DNA of 64,000 bases from an uncultured archaeon (GTDB lineage Archaea > Thermoproteota > Bathyarchaeia > Bathyarchaeales > Bathycorpusculaceae), in assembly GCA_963810275.1 (NCBI GenBank), contig CAWENF010000021.1:96001-160000 (forward strand). The letters run 5' to 3'. The notes beneath the pieces are model-generated. The model ran no database searches. It was given only the letters and a program-made list of their open reading frames with translations, and was not told where the DNA came from. Position 1 is the stretch's first letter; each line of letters starts with the position of its first letter. Shown here piece by piece: positions 28,978 through 37,799 of the stretch. The position numbers were made by a program, and so were the translations under genes.

Positions 28978-30945
28978 CTAAATTTCGGGTTTAACCCCAC
29001 CAGATTCGGACTTCTCAATCTTCAAATCTAATTCTTTTTGCAGCGCCGAAATCGCATCCCGTAACTCAATCGCCTTTTCAAACTCCAACTTCTCAGCAGC
29101 CTCATGCATTTTCGCATCCAACTCTATGATTTGGCGCTGGATGTCGGATTTTGCAAGATGCTTAACACCTTTTATTGTAGATTTCTTGACATTGACGGCT
29201 TTAATGATGGTTTTCGGCGTGATGCCTTGCTTTTCGTTGTAACGTTTCTGGAAGTTACGGCGATAATAGGTAAGTTCCATAGCGCGTTTGATGCTATGGG
29301 TTTGGTTGTCTGCGTATAGGACGACTTTGCCGTTTACGTTTCGAGCTGCGCGTCCGATGGTTTGGATTAGGCTGCGTTCGTCTCGTAGGAAACCTTCTTT
29401 GTCAGCGTCCAAAATGAATATGGAGGCAACCTCGGGGATGTCAAGGCCTTCGCGGAGGAGGTTGATGCCAACAAGAATATCGAATTCACCTACACGCAGC
29501 TGGCGGATGAGTTCGATGCGGTCAAGCGAGTCTATCTCGCTGTGCATGTAACGCACGCGGAAGCCTTCCTTGACGAGATAATCGGCTAAGTCCTCAGCCA
29601 TTCGCTTGGTTAAGGTGGTAATTAGGACCCGGTCGCCCCGCGCAATTGTCTTTTTCGCTTCAACCATGAGGTGCTGCATCTGTCCTTCGATAGGCTGCAC
29701 TTCCACGATAGGGTCAAGCAAACCTGTGGGTCGGGTAATCAACTCGACGGGTGCGCCGCTTTTACCCAATTCATATTCTGCGGGTGTTGCAGATACGAAT
29801 AAGACTCGTCCCATCTTCGCCTCAAACTCTTCAAACTTCAACGGACGGTTATCCAATGCACTGGGCAGGCGGAAACCGAAATCAACCAAGTTCTTTTTGC
29901 GGCTGAAATCACCGTTGTACATGCCCCGTGCCTGCGGGATGGTCTGGTGGCTCTCGTCAATGATTAGGAGGAAATCTTTGGGGAAGTAATCCACCAAAGT
30001 GAACGGGGGAGCGCCTGGTGGGCGTCCGTCGAAGTGACGGCTGTAATTTTCCATGCCTGAGCAGAAGCCGATTTCCCGTATCATTTCAAGGTCATAGTTA
30101 GTGCGCTGTTTGAGCCTTTGTGCTTCAAGCGGCGGGAGTTCTGGCAGTCTCCGTTCGAGTTCCTGCTCGATGTGCTCCAAGGCGAGGGCTTGCTTCTCTT
30201 CAGGTACGACGTACTGGCGGGCGGGGTACAGGGTGAGTTTGTCAAGGCTATTTTTGACGTTACCCGTGATTGTGTGGACCTCTTTGATTTTACCGACTGT
30301 GCTGCCTACGAGTTCGACGCGAATTATGTCGTTTTCGTAGGATGGCACAACGTCTACTGTGTCTCCACGAACGCGGAACCTGCCTGGCTCTAAGACCAAG
30401 TCGTTGCGTTCGTACTGCATGTCTACGAGTTGGCGGATGAAGCTTTGTCGGCTCAGCTCAGCGCCCACTTCGAGCGCTACAGACATGGAGCGGAAGTCGT
30501 CGGGGTTGCCCAAGCTGTAGATGCAGCTAATCGAAGCCACGATTATGGTGTCGCTTCGACTCACAATCCCCGAGACGGCGTGCATACGCATCTTTTCAAT
30601 TTCTTCGTTAACGTCGGAGTCTTTTTCGATGTACATATCCTGCGCTGGCAGATATGACTCAGGCTGATAGTAATCGTAAAATGAAATGAAGAACTCAACT
30701 CTGTTGTGGGGGAAGAGTTCTTTTAATTCGCCATAAAGCTGTGCAGCAAGAGTTTTGTTGTGCGCCAAAATCAACGTGGGTTTCTGAAGCTTGTTAATCA
30801 CGTTTGCCATAACAAAGGTTTTGCCGCTACCCGTGATACCCAGCAGCGTCTGCTTGTCGTTCGCCTTGTAGTTCTCCACTAACTGGTCCACCGCTTTATC
30901 TTGGCCGGGAGACATTTTGTATGGGGAAACAAGCTCAAACTGCAT
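28978..30945 (-). CDS. uvrB: Excinuclease ABC subunit B
   Basis: GITGSGKT, YDYYQPE, DESH, NLLREGLDIPEV and a C-terminal UVR coil. The start may be 30981. Confidence 0.99.
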   Translation of the reverse strand: MQFELVSPYKMSPGQDKAVDQLVENYKANDKQTLLGITGSGKTFVMANVINKLQKPTLILAHNKTLAAQLYGELKELFPHNRVEFFISFYDYYQPESYLPAQDMYIEKDSDVNEEIEKMRMHAVSGIVSRSDTIIVASISCIYSLGNPDDFRSMSVALEVGAELSRQSFIRQLVDMQYERNDLVLEPGRFRVRGDTVDVVPSYENDIIRVELVGSTVGKIKEVHTITGNVKNSLDKLTLYPARQYVVPEEKQALALEHIEQELERRLPELPPLEAQRLKQRTNYDLEMIREIGFCSGMENYSRHFDGRPPGAPPFTLVDYFPKDFLLIIDESHQTIPQARGMYNGDFSRKKNLVDFGFRLPSALDNRPLKFEEFEAKMGRVLFVSATPAEYELGKSGAPVELITRPTGLLDPIVEVQPIEGQMQHLMVEAKKTIARGDRVLITTLTKRMAEDLADYLVKEGFRVRYMHSEIDSLDRIELIRQLRVGEFDILVGINLLREGLDIPEVASIFILDADKEGFLRDERSLIQTIGRAARNVNGKVVLYADNQTHSIKRAMELTYYRRNFQKRYNEKQGITPKTIIKAVNVKKSTIKGVKHLAKSDIQRQIIELDAKMHEAAEKLEFEKAIELRDAISALQKELDLKIEKSESGGVKPEI

Positions 30946-31122
30946 GATTTCTTTACTTCCTATAATTTCAGATTCACCCAAGCAGAAGCATTAATAAATT
31001 TTTGCACCAAACCACTCAAAATACGGGTACTCCGAGTTTGTGCAGAAAAAATGAATCCAGTGAGACGGTTGTTTCAAAATATTCCTTAACTACCCCAAAA
31101 ACGCATACTATAGTGTTGATTG

Positions 31123-31574
31123 ATGCATAAAACCAGAATCTTACGTTAGTTTTAATCCTAATAGCAATAGTTACGTTGCCAGCAGCAGTCACTTTCGCAA
31201 ACGCCCAAACAAACCACCAAACAAAAGAAGAACTTGTCGCTGTCGCTCAAAAAGCAGATAGTCAAATTCAAAACTTAATCACGAAAGTTTATGCAGACCC
31301 CTAAGTGATGCAGAAATAGAAGACGCTAACCTCACTATCCAGTTGGTGGATTACGTAACACAGTACCTAAATGAAGGATCAAAAAGGCTATCTAAAGCCC
31401 AAGAAGCACTCAAAAAACGGATTATTCAGCAGCTTCAGATTGGGCGTTGGCAGCGCTTGAAGTTTTCAGAAATACCTACAGCAATATAGAAGGCATCGCG
31501 GAGGCGGCAGGTACCGTTAGCAATTCTGTTTGAATAAACAAAAGTTGCTGGATGCTATAGAGGGGGAACTCTGA
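31123..31574 (+). pseudogene. Decayed gene for a secreted alpha-helical protein
   Basis: Signal peptide LTLVLILIAIVTLPAAVTFANA, then helical fragments in alternating frames (..VYADP*, EIEDANL..AQEALK, DYSAASDWALAALEVFR, KLLDAIE). Confidence 0.65.
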
Positions 31575-31639
31575 AACTTCATTGATTCAAAGCAGCAATA
31601 GAGCTGGCGTCAGTACAAAAGCGGCAAATAGAAATGAAG

Positions 31640-32530
31640 TTATTTTTTAAGTTTAACTTGGTTTTCCAGCCCGATTTTCGTTACTTCAACCAATTCAAGT
31701 TTCTCAAGTCGCTTAACAAGCCGCCAGAGACTCGTGCGGGGCATGTCCGGGAATTGTTGTCGGATTTCAGCTTCAAAAGCGCTGCCGCCTTTTTCGGCGA
31801 GAAAGTGAATGACTTTACGATCTTCATTCATCAGCTGGGGATTTTCGTTTAGGGCTTTTTTTAGGTTAAACTGAGGTTTGCGTTTTATTAAAAACATTGT
31901 AAAGGCAAGGGCAGCGCCTGCAACGCAGATTATTGCAACTATTATGTACTCTACAGGTAGGACATTAGAGTTAAGCGCAGCAGGGGTAGGGTAAGTTTGT
32001 TGCTCAGAAGTCAAAGGTAGAAGGTAGCTAATTTCCCATTGACCTGAAGGCAGGGCTAAAGAAACTTGGCTGTTTACGGTTTCTATAGAGGACGGTGCAT
32101 CACTCAGGTAGATTACCGTTGCGTTGGCAGGGAAGGCAACCGTGAGTTCGTATGGGTTCTCAACCTGAAGGGTCCAGACTTCGTTTGCTTTGCTGGTTAA
32201 GGTGTTGGTGTCATATTGTATTTGAGCTTTAGATGCTCCGAAAGTGTATATCGTCAAGGTTCTGTCGTCTATTTCATAGTCCATCACTAGCATGTTTTGG
32301 TCAAGCACCATCAAGTTTTCGATGTTTGGGCAAAGCAAGAGTGATTGGGTTTGAGGTGAATTGCTGTCTAAGGTTAGGGTTTGTATTACATGGACTAAGC
32401 CGTCTCGGTAGACTTGAACATCAGTCGAATCTATACTGGGTCCTGACTTCACGCTAGCAGCAAGCACTATAATTACTGCTATCGAAATAACGAACAGTGC
32501 CAACCACCATCTTGCGCGGTGAATTTTCAT
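31640..32530 (-). CDS. Membrane-anchored protein with extracellular beta domain and cytoplasmic winged helix
   Basis: Signal/TM segment, beta-rich ectodomain, second TM, then DRKVIHFLAEKGG..EAEIR..PRTSLWRLVKRLEK. Confidence 0.85.
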   Translation of the reverse strand: MKIHRARWWLALFVISIAVIIVLAASVKSGPSIDSTDVQVYRDGLVHVIQTLTLDSNSPQTQSLLLCPNIENLMVLDQNMLVMDYEIDDRTLTIYTFGASKAQIQYDTNTLTSKANEVWTLQVENPYELTVAFPANATVIYLSDAPSSIETVNSQVSLALPSGQWEISYLLPLTSEQQTYPTPAALNSNVLPVEYIIVAIICVAGAALAFTMFLIKRKPQFNLKKALNENPQLMNEDRKVIHFLAEKGGSAFEAEIRQQFPDMPRTSLWRLVKRLEKLELVEVTKIGLENQVKLKK

Positions 32531-32947
32531 TGGGGATTTCACTATAAGTTCAGTGTATGGTGAGATAAGTTTTGTGCAGCCCAAAAGACAGAGGAGGCCG
32601 TTTCAGCTTAGAACATTTACTTCATATTACCCCTCAAGTCATGCTCCACCTAACAATGTGTAGCCGTGAAGAGTGTAATAACCCAACGCAACACAATTCC
32701 GGCACCAATTCAGATTCTAAATTAACTAAACAGAAATTAAGCAAAACATGAACCGCTAAGTTAAAGCACCCAGACTAAATTGGATGTACTGGAAACAGAA
32801 CAGAGGCGCAGTGGCTAAAAGTTGAAAGCCTAATGGATCAAACAGAAGAACTCTGGTTCTAGGTGCAGTTGTATCGTGGTTTTTGCCTGCCGAAAATACA
32901 AATATTCAAACCTGTTTTCCTTAACATTAAATAAAAAATTGGAAGAT

Positions 32948-33241
32948 TTAGTTTACGGTCATTTGACCGAATTTTCCGACATTAAGCTGGACTTCGCCTT
33001 TAAAGCTGGTTACGTAGCCATTGTCGATTTTCACGTTATCGCCCACATTAACCTGCTCAATTTGCTCGTTCCATAACGTCAATTTAATGCTGCCTGATTC
33101 GTCTGCGATGACAGCATCGGCTATTCTGTAAGTTTCATCCTTATATCGTGACTTAACTTCACGGGTATCGCCTTTTTCGACAACTTTGCCTTCGACGCTG
33201 ACCCGTTTCATTCCATCAGCTAAATCTTTTATATCTGTCAA
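32948..33241 (-). CDS. ssb: Single-OB-fold ssDNA-binding protein
   Basis: IKDL..V.VEGKVVE..DESGSIKLTLWNEQ..NGYV..FKGEVQLNVGKFG. Confidence 0.93.
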   Translation of the reverse strand: MTDIKDLADGMKRVSVEGKVVEKGDTREVKSRYKDETYRIADAVIADESGSIKLTLWNEQIEQVNVGDNVKIDNGYVTSFKGEVQLNVGKFGQMTVN

Positions 33242-33360
33242 GCTACTTCACTTCTTCTAACTGATAGTAACGCTTTTCGTTTTCCAATCTTATAAGTGTT
33301 GCTAACTAGCTCAAAAAAGCCTAAAAAGAAGAAAAAGTTTGGGGTTTCCCCGTTTTCTGT

Positions 33361-34629
33361 TTATGCGTAGCCCAGCAGTAGAAAAATCAGCACAAACAAG
33401 GTGACAATTACACCGAGTGCTGAAGCCAAGATCTTCTTAGTCAACGAAAGCTCTGGTTTTATTGCGTCCACAACGAACACACAAAGTACGCCTAGCCAGA
33501 CGTAGGTGGCAACGAAAAGGAATGATGTTATGGCATTGAATATAGCTGTTGAGGCTTCTATGCTGCTGAACGCTGTCATGGCTGTGGCTGAGAGGCCCTC
33601 TGCCGCCATTGGTGGATACGTTATTGCACCATACCATGTGAAGGCCAAGCCTGTGGAAAGATCAAATGGATAGTATACGGCAGGCAACGCGGCGGTTGCA
33701 ACTAGGTTTAGTACTGCTCGGATGACTAAGACGACTAATGCTACGCCTACCGCGATGAACAAGGGTTTCCAGACCAAGTCAACCTTTAAGCCTTTCAGAA
33801 CAAGGTAGATGACGGCGGCTGTGAGTAGCCAAAGCACCAAGAACTGAAGCGCAACTGACTGCAGACTGGAGAAAACAATTACCATAGGATCGTTTTCCGC
33901 CAGAGACATGTACTGTCCACGGAAGAATAATGCGCTTATGCGCACGGTTATGTCATAGTTTTCTGGGTAAGTTAAATCCAAGCTGAGTTTAGTTATGTTG
34001 CTCCATGTAGGGTTGCCGTTCTCTGTCCAAGCGGGAGCATCGGGTCCGATGGGCACGGTTATATTGTTCCACTGCCCAATCAAAGAAGTATTAGACAACT
34101 CGTATGTCAAATCGTAAGTATAATAGTCAGCGTCGTTTAAGCTGTAAAGCGTTAACTGAGCGTTTTCTGGTGTAACACTGCTTGGATAAACCAGCTTCAA
34201 TATCATGGAGAGGTTTTGGAAGCCGTTTACGCTGCAGTCCACGTTAAATGCGTTGCTGATTGTCGCCGAAATATTCTGAGCATCTGCTGCTCTAAACTGA
34301 AGACTGCTTGTGCCGTATAAGTCCGGGTAATCCCCGAAGCCTGACACGAACACCGTGTAGTTTAGGTGGTCTGCTACGTCGGTTATGTTAACGCCTGAAC
34401 TTGCACTCCAGTTACCTGAAGTTGCTGAAGTGTATTCTTGGAATAGCCCCGGCTGCGGCGAAGTGACTTCCAAATTAGTTTTTGACAACTGGGCATATTC
34501 GTAGCCCATCTGTAAACCAATGAATAGGATAAGAACGATGATTGCGGCAAGGTATTTGGGGTTAGCTACTATTTTCTTAAAAGCCTTATGAGGTGCGTAA
34601 ATGATTTCTGCTATGTCGGCGAGAATCAA
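33361..34629 (-). CDS. Yip1-like multi-pass membrane protein with inserted extracellular beta domain
   Basis: IIYAPHKAFKKI start, TM helix, about 200 aa soluble beta region, then four TM helices. Confidence 0.7.
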   Translation of the reverse strand: MILADIAEIIYAPHKAFKKIVANPKYLAAIIVLILFIGLQMGYEYAQLSKTNLEVTSPQPGLFQEYTSATSGNWSASSGVNITDVADHLNYTVFVSGFGDYPDLYGTSSLQFRAADAQNISATISNAFNVDCSVNGFQNLSMILKLVYPSSVTPENAQLTLYSLNDADYYTYDLTYELSNTSLIGQWNNITVPIGPDAPAWTENGNPTWSNITKLSLDLTYPENYDITVRISALFFRGQYMSLAENDPMVIVFSSLQSVALQFLVLWLLTAAVIYLVLKGLKVDLVWKPLFIAVGVALVVLVIRAVLNLVATAALPAVYYPFDLSTGLAFTWYGAITYPPMAAEGLSATAMTAFSSIEASTAIFNAITSFLFVATYVWLGVLCVFVVDAIKPELSLTKKILASALGVIVTLFVLIFLLLGYA

Positions 34630-34780
34630 CTCTATTTAGCTCCTGTGCTATTTCAGAATTACACGAACATTTAAGTGTTGTTCAAGTCTCCAAGCATAAA
34701 GTGTAAAACAGCATTTCTCGCCCCTTGACCCCAAACTATAGAGCCACCAAAAGAAGCAACAAAAATCGGAAAAAGGCATT

Positions 34781-36289
34781 TTACATGCCTTGTTTTAGGC
34801 GGCGATAAGTCGAGTAGTCAACGTATTCCAAAAACTTGCTTTCAGCTTGGGATTTAACGTTGATTTTCTGCCGCCCCCTCTTATCCAAAAGCTGGCTGGT
34901 TGTACGCAAAACGTAGGCGTCACTGCCCGCGCCAGAGCCGTAACTTGCCACCAAGATGCTCTCTTCAGGTTTGGCAATGTCAAGAATGGCTGCTAAGCCA
35001 ATGAGGGAAGCGCCGCTGTAGGTGTTACCGAACTTTGTCATCTGTATGGCAGGCATGAACTGGTCTTCTTTGAAGCCTAGGTCTTTGGCGACACGCATAG
35101 GGAAGGTCGGGTTTGGCTGATGGGGCACAAAGTAATTTAGATCCTCTGGCTTTAGGTTGCATCGTTCCATGAGTTTGGAGGCGGCTTTTTTAACGTGTTT
35201 GTGGTAAGCTGGGTCGCCTGTGAATCTACCGCCGTGACTTGGGTAGGGTTCACCGTCTCTGCGCCAAAAATCAGGCGTATCAGAGGTGCAGCTGTACCAA
35301 CCTTCCACCTCGGCGATAACATCTTGTTTGCCAAAAATGTAGGCTGCACCACCGTAACCTACGAACATATCTAATTCGCCTCCGGGGCAACCGCGTGGGG
35401 CTGCCTGAGAGTTATCTGCTCCGATAACCATAGCGTAACGGATGTTAGATTTGGGGTAACTCACCAAAGCGCAAGCGTCTTTGAACATGCTGCTGCCTGC
35501 CTTGCAAGCGAATTCTGTGTCAACTGCATCTACACTCTGCATATCGCCGTCTTCCTCGCCCAGCTTGAGTACTTGGGCTACTTTGGCGGCTATTGGCTTT
35601 ACAGCATAGGGGTTTGATTCACTGCCAACATAGACTTTGCCCACCCAGCTACTGTCTATGCCTGAATGGATAAGCGCCAATTTGCCAGCTTCCACAGCTG
35701 CAGTCACAGAGTCCTCGTCGATAAATGGCACCGCACGCTCCAGATTTGTTTCTTTTATGCGAAATCTAGATGAGTAAACGCCGTAGCCTACAACGCCGGG
35801 CAACTCATAGTCATTGGTAGGCTGCACAATCTTGTATTCTTGATGAGGATAGTACTCGTCTGCCAGTGTGAACGCCAGCGAAATTGTGGGAATCATCTCA
35901 CGTTTACCAACAGAGTACCGTCTGCGAAAACGCGGCACAACTTCTCTACCCTCCAGCTTCGCTGGGTCGAAGTCTATGCTTCCACACATAGGCTGATCGG
36001 TTAAACGTGCGGGAACACGGATTTTGCCCCCGTGGAAAGATACGATGCCGTAGATATAGCTGCCCAACTTGGAGAACTTGTTTGTCGGTTCATTAATTAA
36101 TGTACATAGTTCAAGGGTGCCCTTATCATAAAATAGGTCCATGCTCTCCATTTTGCCATAGCTTTTACGTCCACATTTGCTGCAGTAATCACGCACTTCA
36201 AAGTATTCTTTACCGCAACAGCTGCATCTGCAAGCTTTAAGGCGGTCACCCAAATAGCTAACTCTACGCTCGATTGGTTCGCTGCTCAT
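34781..36289 (-). CDS. Hydroxymethylglutaryl-CoA synthase with N-terminal DUF35 (Zn-ribbon + OB) fusion
   Basis: N-terminal CSCC-x10-CSKC plus OB strands; HMGCS motifs GSESNPYAVKP, EFACKAG, HQPN, GNTYSG, SYGSGAGSD. Confidence 0.93.
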   Translation of the reverse strand: MSSEPIERRVSYLGDRLKACRCSCCGKEYFEVRDYCSKCGRKSYGKMESMDLFYDKGTLELCTLINEPTNKFSKLGSYIYGIVSFHGGKIRVPARLTDQPMCGSIDFDPAKLEGREVVPRFRRRYSVGKREMIPTISLAFTLADEYYPHQEYKIVQPTNDYELPGVVGYGVYSSRFRIKETNLERAVPFIDEDSVTAAVEAGKLALIHSGIDSSWVGKVYVGSESNPYAVKPIAAKVAQVLKLGEEDGDMQSVDAVDTEFACKAGSSMFKDACALVSYPKSNIRYAMVIGADNSQAAPRGCPGGELDMFVGYGGAAYIFGKQDVIAEVEGWYSCTSDTPDFWRRDGEPYPSHGGRFTGDPAYHKHVKKAASKLMERCNLKPEDLNYFVPHQPNPTFPMRVAKDLGFKEDQFMPAIQMTKFGNTYSGASLIGLAAILDIAKPEESILVASYGSGAGSDAYVLRTTSQLLDKRGRQKINVKSQAESKFLEYVDYSTYRRLKQGM

Positions 36290-37488
36290 TGTTTTTTATC
36301 TCCTAAAATGGTGGCAAAAGCCTTAGTTCCAAAACCTTCAAACTCCAAAACGCCACCGTACTTGAGCCCACCTTCCACGGCTACTTGGCGATCTGCCGCT
36401 TCCCCGCGGAGTTGACGGAAAACCTCGTAAATCATGGCTCCGCCTGTAGCGCCAAGCGGGTTACCATCTGCTTTTAATCCGCCATCGGTGTTAACGTAAA
36501 GTGGTTTGCCGCCGAACTCGTAGTGAAGCCTGCTTTTCTTGTAGCTTTCAAATATGCTTCTCCAAGCGACGCCAGGCTGGCAGAAGCCTAGGTCTTCGAG
36601 AATCGCCATCTCCATCATGGTTGACTGGTCGTTGACCTCCATAAGAGGGATTTCAGAAGCTGAGACGCCAGAACGATTAGATGCCTTGTTCATTGCTAGC
36701 TCTGCAGCTAAGAACCGGGTAAGGTCCGCTCTTGCGGGGTAGTTAAGGTAGTCAGTAGCGGAGCCTGTGGCTAGAACGTAGACTGGGTTGTCAGTCATTT
36801 TCTTCGCCACTTCCTCGCTGGCTAAAATAATTGCTGAGGCCCCGTCAGATATGGGTGCGAAGTCAAAAAGCCCCAAAGGTTTGTTAGCTGATTTGCGGGC
36901 GTCCACAACATGATTAATTGAGATACCACGCTGGAACTGGGCATACTTGTTTTTAGCGCCGTAAGCGTGATTTTTAACTGCAACCTGCGCAAGCGAAGTT
37001 TTGAAATCCTCTAAATCCTGCCCTGTTATGCCATATTTCTTGATGTAGGCACGCATCATTAGTTCATGGTTAGATTCAGGAGTGCCGCCAGCGAAGTAGC
37101 TCCATGGGTCCTCTAAGAGCATGAGGTCATCTCGGATTTTATCCCAGCGATCCGTCATTTTCTCGATGCCACCCACCAGCACAGTGTCGTAGATGCCGGC
37201 TTGTATTGCGCGGGAAGCCATCATCAACGCTGAGCTGAAGCTGCGGGTAACCTCCATAGGAACATGCAACTCTGTGAGTTCAGAGAGGAACCCCTCTTCT
37301 AGCCCCAACTTGTTGGTTATGGGTAAAAAGCAATCGGACATGTAGCAGGCTTCTAGATTTTTGCGTTCCATGCTACATTCGTTTGATGCGGCAAGCCAAG
37401 CTTCCTCGATGAGTTTCTCGGGCTCTTTGCCGTAGTGCTCACCGAACTTGGTTCTGCCGACAGCAACTATGGCTGGGCGATTCTGCAT
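36286..37488 (-). CDS. Thiolase-fold protein lacking the canonical catalytic residues
   Basis: GRTKFGE, VGGIEKMTD, PISDGASA, VNTDGGLKA, GATG. Catalytic Cys and His positions are substituted (see findings). Confidence 0.92.
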   Translation of the reverse strand: MQNRPAIVAVGRTKFGEHYGKEPEKLIEEAWLAASNECSMERKNLEACYMSDCFLPITNKLGLEEGFLSELTELHVPMEVTRSFSSALMMASRAIQAGIYDTVLVGGIEKMTDRWDKIRDDLMLLEDPWSYFAGGTPESNHELMMRAYIKKYGITGQDLEDFKTSLAQVAVKNHAYGAKNKYAQFQRGISINHVVDARKSANKPLGLFDFAPISDGASAIILASEEVAKKMTDNPVYVLATGSATDYLNYPARADLTRFLAAELAMNKASNRSGVSASEIPLMEVNDQSTMMEMAILEDLGFCQPGVAWRSIFESYKKSRLHYEFGGKPLYVNTDGGLKADGNPLGATGGAMIYEVFRQLRGEAADRQVAVEGGLKYGGVLEFEGFGTKAFATILGDKKQ

Positions 37489-37502
37489 AACGTATGTGCT
37501 CC

Positions 37503-37536
37503 GCTAAGTAATTTTTTTAGCTAAGTAATTTTTTAG
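37503..37536. repeat. Tandem duplication GCTAAGTAATTTTTT(T)A x2
   Basis: Two adjacent copies just upstream of the thiolase start, differing by one T. Confidence 0.8.
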
Positions 37537-37799
37537 CAATAAAGATTTTTCTAAATTATTATTAAGTGTTTGCCATAAACAGAGCTAAACAGCGGACGAA
37601 CATATATAACCAAAATGAAGATACGCATGGAAGAGAAAATAGGAAGAAAGGAATGTTAAGTAATTACAGAAAAAATTTGACTGATTCTTCTATAAATGTG
37701 AATACGTAAAAAATTGTGGAAAAATTACCCGGCAGTGCAGTGAAGGCGGAAACAGCTACTGCGACGAGTATAAAAAACGCTGCCGCGATAATTATTAGA

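Noticed and set aside
37691-37798. Cys-rich 35-codon frame (YKCEYVKNC..C..YC)
   Set aside because: No in-frame start or SD; it may be a remnant but cannot be supported.
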